Of a stretch of DNA of 64,000 nt, positions 57,912 through 64,000 are shown piece by piece. The notes below the pieces were generated by a model that was not told where the DNA came from, did no database searches, and saw only the letters and a program-made list of their open reading frames with translations. Numbering within the stretch: position 1 is the stretch's first letter; the number at the start of each line of letters is the position of its first letter. Where the stretch lies: the NCBI RefSeq assembly GCF_022846255.1, contig NZ_AP025682.1; one strand, given 5' to 3'. The DNA comes from Escherichia coli. Lineage in GTDB: Bacteria > Pseudomonadota > Gammaproteobacteria > Enterobacterales > Enterobacteriaceae. Position numbers and translations under genes: made by a program.

Positions 57912-58904
57912 ATGGTGAAATCGACGTCATGTATAACCATTGATTTAATGAATATGTCGCAGCTAACTGAACGGACCTTTACGCCATCTGAATCTCTCAG
58001 CAGCCTGTCACTTTTTCTTAGTCTGGCACGTGGACAGTGTCGGCCGGGTAAATTCTGGCATCGCCGTAGTTTTCGCCAGAAATTTTTGCTGCGCTCGTTG
58101 ATTATGCCGCGTTTAAGCGTTGAGTGGATGAACGAACTTTCCCACTGGCCTAATCTCAATGTGTTGTTAACGCGCCAGCCGCGACTGCCTGTGCGTCTGC
58201 ATCGCCCTTACCTTGCGGCGAATCTTAGCCGTAAGCAATTGCTGGAGGCGTTACGTTACCATTATGCGTTACTCCGCGGGTGTATGTCGGCGGAAGAATT
58301 CAGCTTATATTTGAATACCCCCGGGCTGCAACTGGCGAAGCTGGAAGGCAAAAACGGCGAGCAGTTCACACTTGAGCTGACCATGATGATCTCAATGGAT
58401 AAAGAAGGTGACAGCACAATCCTGTTTCGCAACAGCGAAGGTATTCCTCTGGCAGAGATCACGTTTACCCTGTGTGAATATCAGGGGAAAAGAACAATGT
58501 TTATTGGCGGACTGCAAGGCGCAAAATGGGAAATCCCACATCAGGAAATCCAGAATGCGACGAAAGCCTGCCACGGGCTATTTCCCAAACGCCTCGTGAT
58601 GGAAGCGGCCTGTCTGTTTGCCCAACGTTTGCAGGTAGAGCAGATTATTGCCGTCAGCAATGAAACGCATATTTACCGCAGCCTGCGTTATCGTGATAAA
58701 GAAGGCAAGATCCATGCCGATTACAACGCGTTCTGGGAGTCGGTTGGCGGCGTATGTGATGCTGAACGTCATTACCGCCTTCCAGCACAGATAGCACGAA
58801 AAGAGATTGCCGAAATCGCCAGTAAAAAACGGGCTGAATACCGTCGGCGCTATGAGATGCTCGACGCTATTCAGCCACAAATGGCCACGATGTTTCGCGG
58901 TTAA
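57912..58904 (+). CDS. ybjX: DUF535/VirK-like protein YbjX
   Basis: 330-aa ORF; exact start uncertain (alternative in-frame ATG at MNMSQLTERTF). Confidence 0.8.
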   Translation: MVKSTSCITIDLMNMSQLTERTFTPSESLSSLSLFLSLARGQCRPGKFWHRRSFRQKFLLRSLIMPRLSVEWMNELSHWPNLNVLLTRQPRLPVRLHRPYLAANLSRKQLLEALRYHYALLRGCMSAEEFSLYLNTPGLQLAKLEGKNGEQFTLELTMMISMDKEGDSTILFRNSEGIPLAEITFTLCEYQGKRTMFIGGLQGAKWEIPHQEIQNATKACHGLFPKRLVMEAACLFAQRLQVEQIIAVSNETHIYRSLRYRDKEGKIHADYNAFWESVGGVCDAERHYRLPAQIARKEIAEIASKKRAEYRRRYEMLDAIQPQMATMFRG

Positions 58905-60559
58905 TCCGCGCGACCGCGCGCCAGCCACAGCACGCGTGAGAACATTTTTTTCAGCAGCGTCGGTACGGAATCCACACCACGACGTCCGGCCTCCATTGCC
59001 ACTTCAATGGCAAGATCGGGTTTGGAAGAGCGATGGATCGCTTTCGAGATAATTTTGCGCAGATTCATCGGTACATTTTCCGGGATTTGCGCCACGCGGT
59101 GGAACACATCGGAAAATCCCTGGCGATACATAAAATGTTCCATATCCAGCGCCGGTAACGCCGTTAAATGTTCTCGTTCGGCTTCCCGATCATTATTCAA
59201 CAGGCTGCGTACCGTAGCGGCATATTTCTTCCCTGCTTCATCGCCATCGACCAGTACATGCCATTCAATCCCCATTCGCCGGGCAAATTTAACCAGTGGC
59301 TTTAGCCCGGACTGGGCAAACTCAATGACCTTGATCCCTTCGGCATCAAAATGATGTCCGCACTGACGCGCCAGTTCATTGATAACCCAGGTTTCCGTTT
59401 CCCCTTCCACCAGCAGCCAACAGCGGGCAAACAGCGATGACGGACGGTTAAAACGAATGTGAAAGGAGATGCGTCGGCTATCTTCGGTACTCAAGCCACT
59501 CGGTCCCAGACGCCAGGCGGCAACGCGAGAGGACTCACGTACCAGTCGGCAAACATGCTCTACCGGCGTTAACGAAAGCAACTCTCCCGAGTTGGTAGTA
59601 GCGATGCGCTGCAATGGCAGAAGGTTCAACAGATGCCAGGCAACTGAAAGCATAATGGGGTGCAAACGGGTTTCTGGATCTTCGATCAGCAACAATGGAC
59701 GGGCGTCTTTATCCAGCCGCAATGTGCCTTTTGCCTGCAATAAAGTAGCAAACAGACCGAGCAAAATAACCCGATACGAGCGCCCACCAGGTCGGTCAAT
59801 CATCCGGTTGATGATATCCAGATAGCGCCAGCTTCGTTGCTCATTGCTGGCTCGCCGCCGCATTAAACGATATCGCGCCTGTCCGGCCCCCTGCTCAGAG
59901 AAATAATGCTCAAGCAGCTGTACCATTGCGGAAAGTCCCTGACGAATCTGTCCATCAGAGAGATTTTGCGGATGTGAGGACAACTCACGGGCGAGGAAAT
60001 CGAGCTGGCGCGCGGTGACTTCCACATTAGGGACATTTGGCACCGTGCCATTACGAATACGGCGCATAAAACGGGCATCACGCAAGCGCAGCACCGGCAT
60101 TAAACGCACCAGATGGCGTGCCTGATCGTTAATATCCTCGACATCAATCGGATGTCCGTCTTTATCGAGAAAACTGCGGAGTGTCATCACGCTGCCGTCT
60201 TCCGCACTCTCCCCTTCCAGACGATAAAAAATACGGTGATAGCCATCGGTGCATGGCGTCCAGCACGCTTCCAGTGGCCGATAGCGGCGTACCCGATGTC
60301 GGCCTGGCAGCGATTCGCGGAAGGTCAAAATAATATGCAGATGATGTTCCCGTCCGTTGATATCTCCCGGCGGGAACCAGAAATCGTCGCGCTCAAAATG
60401 GTAGAGATCTGATTCTGGCGATAGCAGCAGGGTTAAGGCGTCCAGCAAGCTGGATTTACCCCACGCGTTCTCCCCAATCAGGACGTTGTTTTGTTCCAGC
60501 ATCAACGACAAACGGTTGATACCGCGAAAACCCACAATTTCAACGCGCTCAAGAATCAT
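58901..60559 (-). CDS. ybjD: OLD-family ATP-dependent endonuclease-like protein YbjD
   Basis: 552-aa ORF, N-terminal P-loop GENAWGKSS. Confidence 0.88.
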   Translation of the reverse strand: MILERVEIVGFRGINRLSLMLEQNNVLIGENAWGKSSLLDALTLLLSPESDLYHFERDDFWFPPGDINGREHHLHIILTFRESLPGRHRVRRYRPLEACWTPCTDGYHRIFYRLEGESAEDGSVMTLRSFLDKDGHPIDVEDINDQARHLVRLMPVLRLRDARFMRRIRNGTVPNVPNVEVTARQLDFLARELSSHPQNLSDGQIRQGLSAMVQLLEHYFSEQGAGQARYRLMRRRASNEQRSWRYLDIINRMIDRPGGRSYRVILLGLFATLLQAKGTLRLDKDARPLLLIEDPETRLHPIMLSVAWHLLNLLPLQRIATTNSGELLSLTPVEHVCRLVRESSRVAAWRLGPSGLSTEDSRRISFHIRFNRPSSLFARCWLLVEGETETWVINELARQCGHHFDAEGIKVIEFAQSGLKPLVKFARRMGIEWHVLVDGDEAGKKYAATVRSLLNNDREAEREHLTALPALDMEHFMYRQGFSDVFHRVAQIPENVPMNLRKIISKAIHRSSKPDLAIEVAMEAGRRGVDSVPTLLKKMFSRVLWLARGRAD

Positions 60560-60984
60560 ATCCCCTCCAGAAATATGTGACTTATCCTTTACGCTGGCAG
60601 TATAACGGGAAAGGCCATGCTAATACGTGATGACATCACATTTAAGCATGGCAAATGTCTGAAAAATGAGCGAATAATCGCGTTATACTCCCTCTTGCTG
60701 ATAAGCCTGCAAAAACAACAAAATCAAATAATTAGCATGATAAATTATTTTTTATTACGCCTAAAGGATTAAATCTTTTGCTTGCACTACACTGTCAATC
60801 AGACAAATGACTATATGGGGCAACCCGCTGTTGCCCTAAATCAAATTTACTGGATTTATTTATCTGGTGAATGACTCGCCTTCGTTTTTAAAATAGCCGC
60901 GCATTATTTCCGTCGTCACTTTTTTACGACGACCCTATAAAACGACCATATTTTTCACAGGGTCAATTTTTAATTGAGGTGGAT

Positions 60985-61680
60985 ATGTTCAGAAAATTAG
61001 CAGCTGAATGTTTTGGTACTTTCTGGCTTGTTTTTGGTGGCTGTGGTAGTGCCGTACTGGCCGCAGGCTTCCCGGAATTAGGCATTGGTTTTGCCGGCGT
61101 GGCGCTGGCATTCGGTCTGACCGTTCTGACGATGGCCTTTGCTGTTGGTCATATTTCTGGTGGTCATTTTAACCCGGCGGTCACTATTGGTTTATGGGCT
61201 GGCGGACGTTTCCCGGCAAAAGAAGTCGTTGGCTACGTAATTGCCCAGGTTGTCGGCGGTATTGTTGCGGCGGCGCTGCTGTATTTAATTGCCAGTGGTA
61301 AAACGGGTTTTGACGCGGCAGCCAGCGGTTTTGCTTCTAACGGTTATGGCGAGCATTCGCCAGGCGGTTATTCCATGCTTTCCGCGCTGGTAGTTGAACT
61401 GGTATTGAGTGCAGGTTTCCTGCTGGTGATCCACGGCGCAACCGACAAATTCGCTCCTGCTGGTTTTGCGCCGATCGCTATTGGTCTGGCCTTAACCCTG
61501 ATTCACTTAATCAGTATTCCGGTGACTAACACTTCTGTTAACCCGGCGCGCAGCACCGCGGTTGCTATCTTCCAGGGCGGCTGGGCGTTAGAACAACTGT
61601 GGTTCTTCTGGGTGGTGCCAATTGTCGGCGGTATTATCGGTGGTCTGATTTACCGGACCCTGCTGGAAAAACGTAATTAA
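60985..61680 (+). CDS. aqpZ: Aquaporin Z
   Basis: ORF 60979..61680; start at [19 protein letters not shown]; two NPA motifs (NPAV, NPAR). Confidence 0.96.
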   Translation: MFRKLAAECFGTFWLVFGGCGSAVLAAGFPELGIGFAGVALAFGLTVLTMAFAVGHISGGHFNPAVTIGLWAGGRFPAKEVVGYVIAQVVGGIVAAALLYLIASGKTGFDAAASGFASNGYGEHSPGGYSMLSALVVELVLSAGFLLVIHGATDKFAPAGFAPIAIGLALTLIHLISIPVTNTSVNPARSTAVAIFQGGWALEQLWFFWVVPIVGGIIGGLIYRTLLEKRN

Positions 61681-62137
61681 TTAGCATTGGCATTTTATCT
61701 GCCCTGGTTGTTTTATCTTCGACGTTACAAACCGCACGGGTGTTGGTGGCGTCAAAATCGCTGAAGCGTTCCCCGAAGGCCGGGGCAGCCCACATGGATG
61801 TGGGCTGAGGGCGCGTCTTACAGGGACGTTACCTCGCGCCCGACCCGGTAGCCGAAGGGGATAAGCTGAAGGTACCGCGCAGCGGCGATTTTGTTCGCCA
61901 GAGCCCGGGGGTGCAGGGGGCGGCGGCGACTGGCCGCCCCCTGCGCGCTCCCTGCGCCAGTGGCTTTATATGGCATTGCACATGAAAGGAGCGCAACAAT
62001 GCTAAACACTCATATAGAATTAAAAATCCCCCTCTGATGCATAACATTTCCTTTTAATTGCAACTTTACTCGTCCTTCCGCTTTCAGTAGTGTGTCATCG
62101 CGCATTTCGACTTCATCTTTGCAAGGACTGGGTTTTC

Positions 62138-63037
62138 ATGTTTTCTGGGCTGTTAATCATTCTGGTTCCCCTGATTTTGGGTTACCTCATTCCGCTTCGC
62201 CAAAAAGCTGCATTAAAAGTTATTAATCAGCTATTAAGTTGGATGGTTTACCTCATTCTCTTTTTTATGGGTATCAGTCTGGCGTTTCTCGATAACCTCG
62301 CCAGTAACCTGTTGGCGATTCTGCATTATTCTGCTGTCAGTATTACCGTTATTTTACTGTGTAATATTGCCGCCCTGATGTGGCTGGAGCGCGGTCTGCC
62401 GTGGCGCAACTACCACCAGCAAGAAAAACTCCCATCGCGTATTGCGATGGCGCTGGAGTCGCTAAAACTGTGCGGCGTAGTAGTGATTGGTTTTGCCATT
62501 GGCCTGAGTGGACTGGCTTTCTTACAACACGCGACCGAAGCCAGTGAATACACCTTAATTCTGCTACTTTTCCTCGTCGGTATTCAGTTGCGCAATAATG
62601 GCATGACCTTAAAGCAGATTGTCCTTAATCGCCGGGGAATGATTGTCGCCGTGGTGGTGGTTGCCAGTTCATTAATTGGTGGTTTAATTAACGCCTTTAT
62701 TCTTGATCTTCCCATCAATACCGCGCTGGCAATGGCCTCCGGTTTCGGCTGGTATTCTCTTTCCGGTATTTTATTGACCGAATCTTTTGGTCCTGTAATC
62801 GGGAGCGCGGCGTTTTTTAATGATCTGGCCCGTGAGCTGATTGCTATTATGTTAATCCCTGGGCTGATTCGCCGTAGCCGCTCTACTGCACTGGGCTTAT
62901 GCGGTGCGACGTCGATGGATTTCACCCTGCCCGTTCTTCAACGTACAGGCGGGCTGGATATGGTCCCGGCGGCGATTGTTCACGGTTTTATTCTTAGTCT
63001 GTTAGTGCCGATTCTCATCGCCTTTTTCTCTGCATAA
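62138..63037 (+). CDS. lysO: Lysine exporter LysO (YbjE)
   Basis: ORF 62090..63037; start at MFSGLLIILVPLILGYL (299 aa), polytopic membrane protein. Confidence 0.88.
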   Translation: MFSGLLIILVPLILGYLIPLRQKAALKVINQLLSWMVYLILFFMGISLAFLDNLASNLLAILHYSAVSITVILLCNIAALMWLERGLPWRNYHQQEKLPSRIAMALESLKLCGVVVIGFAIGLSGLAFLQHATEASEYTLILLLFLVGIQLRNNGMTLKQIVLNRRGMIVAVVVVASSLIGGLINAFILDLPINTALAMASGFGWYSLSGILLTESFGPVIGSAAFFNDLARELIAIMLIPGLIRRSRSTALGLCGATSMDFTLPVLQRTGGLDMVPAAIVHGFILSLLVPILIAFFSA

Positions 63038-63180
63038 TACCTCTCTGGCGGTAGATCTCTGCCGCCAAAATTGCGCTAAATCAATCTCCCTTAAAGTTGC
63101 ATTAAAAATCTCTTTTATCCCCGCGTTAAGCGTCTTAACCTTAAACATGTATATTAAATATAACTTTAAAAGGTGTGATC

Positions 63181-64000
63181 ATGTTTTGTGTGCAATGTGA
63201 ACAAACTATCCGTACTCCGGCAGGAAACGGCTGCTCATACGCGCAGGGGATGTGTGGTAAAACGGCGGAAACCTCTGACCTTCAGGATTTACTCATCGCG
63301 ACGCTGCAAGGGCTTTCGGCCTGGGCAGTGAAAGCACGTGAATACGGCATCATCAACCACGATGTAGACAGCTTTGCGCCACGTGCCTTTTTCTCAACCC
63401 TGACCAACGTTAACTTCGATTCTCCGCGTATTGTCGGCTACGCTCGTGAAGCGATTGCCCTGCGCGAGGCGCTGAAAGCACAGTGCCTGGCTGTAGATGC
63501 CAACGCCCGCGTCGATAACCCGATGGCTGACCTGCAACTGGTGAGTGACGATCTCGGCGAGCTGCAACGTCAGGCGGCGGAATTTACTCCCAATAAAGAT
63601 AAAGCGGCGATTGGCGAAAACATTCTCGGCCTGCGTCTGCTCTGCCTGTATGGCCTGAAAGGTGCGGCGGCCTATATGGAACACGCACACGTTCTCGGTC
63701 AATACGACAACGATATTTATGCACAGTACCATAAAATCATGGCGTGGCTGGGGACCTGGCCTGCCGATATGAACGCGCTTCTTGAGTGTTCAATGGAAAT
63801 CGGCCAGATGAACTTCAAAGTGATGAGCATTCTGGATGCAGGCGAAACCAGTAAATACGGTCACCCGACGCCAACCCAGGTCAACGTCAAAGCGACGGCA
63901 GGTAAATGCATTCTGATTTCCGGTCACGATCTCAAAGATCTCTACAACCTGCTGGAACAGACCGAAGGCACGGGCGTTAATGTCTACACCCACGGTGAAA
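63181..64000 (+). CDS. hcp: Hydroxylamine reductase / hybrid-cluster protein (5' part, runs off window end)
   Basis: ATG at 63181 then [27 protein letters not shown]; no stop within window, so absent from ORF track. Confidence 0.9.
   Translation, partial: MFCVQCEQTIRTPAGNGCSYAQGMCGKTAETSDLQDLLIATLQGLSAWAVKAREYGIINHDVDSFAPRAFFSTLTNVNFDSPRIVGYAREAIALREALKAQCLAVDANARVDNPMADLQLVSDDLGELQRQAAEFTPNKDKAAIGENILGLRLLCLYGLKGAAAYMEHAHVLGQYDNDIYAQYHKIMAWLGTWPADMNALLECSMEIGQMNFKVMSILDAGETSKYGHPTPTQVNVKATAGKCILISGHDLKDLYNLLEQTEGTGVNVYTHGE

Noticed and set aside
61818-62047. ORFs 61818..62009(-) and 61829..62047(-) in the aqpZ-lysO intergenic region
   Set aside because: Lie within the GC-rich palindromic element; Arg/Gly/Ala-rich low-complexity products typical of GC-rich non-coding DNA; kept as a structural-element finding instead.
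63071-63084. ttgcgctaaatcaa upstream of hcp as an FNR box, and nearby aagttgcatt as an NsrR half-site
   Set aside because: Left half-site matches only 3 of 5 positions and I cannot verify the position relative to the hcp transcription start from sequence alone; too weak to list as a feature.

Overview
This window is an Escherichia coli-type chromosomal segment, syntenic with the K-12 ihfB-to-hcp region but in reverse orientation. It carries a complete type I-F CRISPR-Cas system (cas1, cas2-3, csy1-4/cas8f-5f-7f-6f) with two CRISPR arrays, inserted between infA and clpA. All calls are by eye from the sequence and the ORF track; no searches were run.

Core genes, in order: ihfB, rpsA, cmk, ycaL, aroA, serC, ycaP, ycaO, focA, pflB, pflA, ycaD, ycaC, dmsCBA, serS, rarA, lolA, ftsK, lrp, trxB, cydDC, aat, infA, then the CRISPR-Cas/fimbrial block, then clpA, clpS, cspD, macBA, ybjX, ybjD, aqpZ, lysO and the start of hcp.

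Most interesting observations:
- **Cre-like module inside the cas operon.** The 327-bp cas2-3/csy1 spacer region holds a degenerate mini-CRISPR (psiR-psiS-psiR) on the opposite strand. Its first 11 spacer nucleotides exactly match a site about 120 bp away that is preceded by a CC PAM. That site overlaps the ribosome-binding site and putative promoter of a 27-aa hydrophobic mini-ORF. The arrangement resembles the CreTA/CreR addiction or autoregulation modules described for other type I systems; this is inference, not demonstrated.
- **Fimbrial operon within the CRISPR-Cas locus.** An AT-rich chaperone-usher operon (major subunit, chaperone, usher, adhesin) sits between cas6f and tRNA-Ser, separating array A from the cas genes.
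- **Array features.** Array A has a duplicated spacer and a block of five leader-proximal repeats sharing one variant; array B has one repeat with a stem mismatch.
- **Differences from K-12.** ycaM-ycaN-ycaK are absent between pflA and ycaD, and ftsK is longer (1356 aa) through expansion of its PQ-rich linker repeat.
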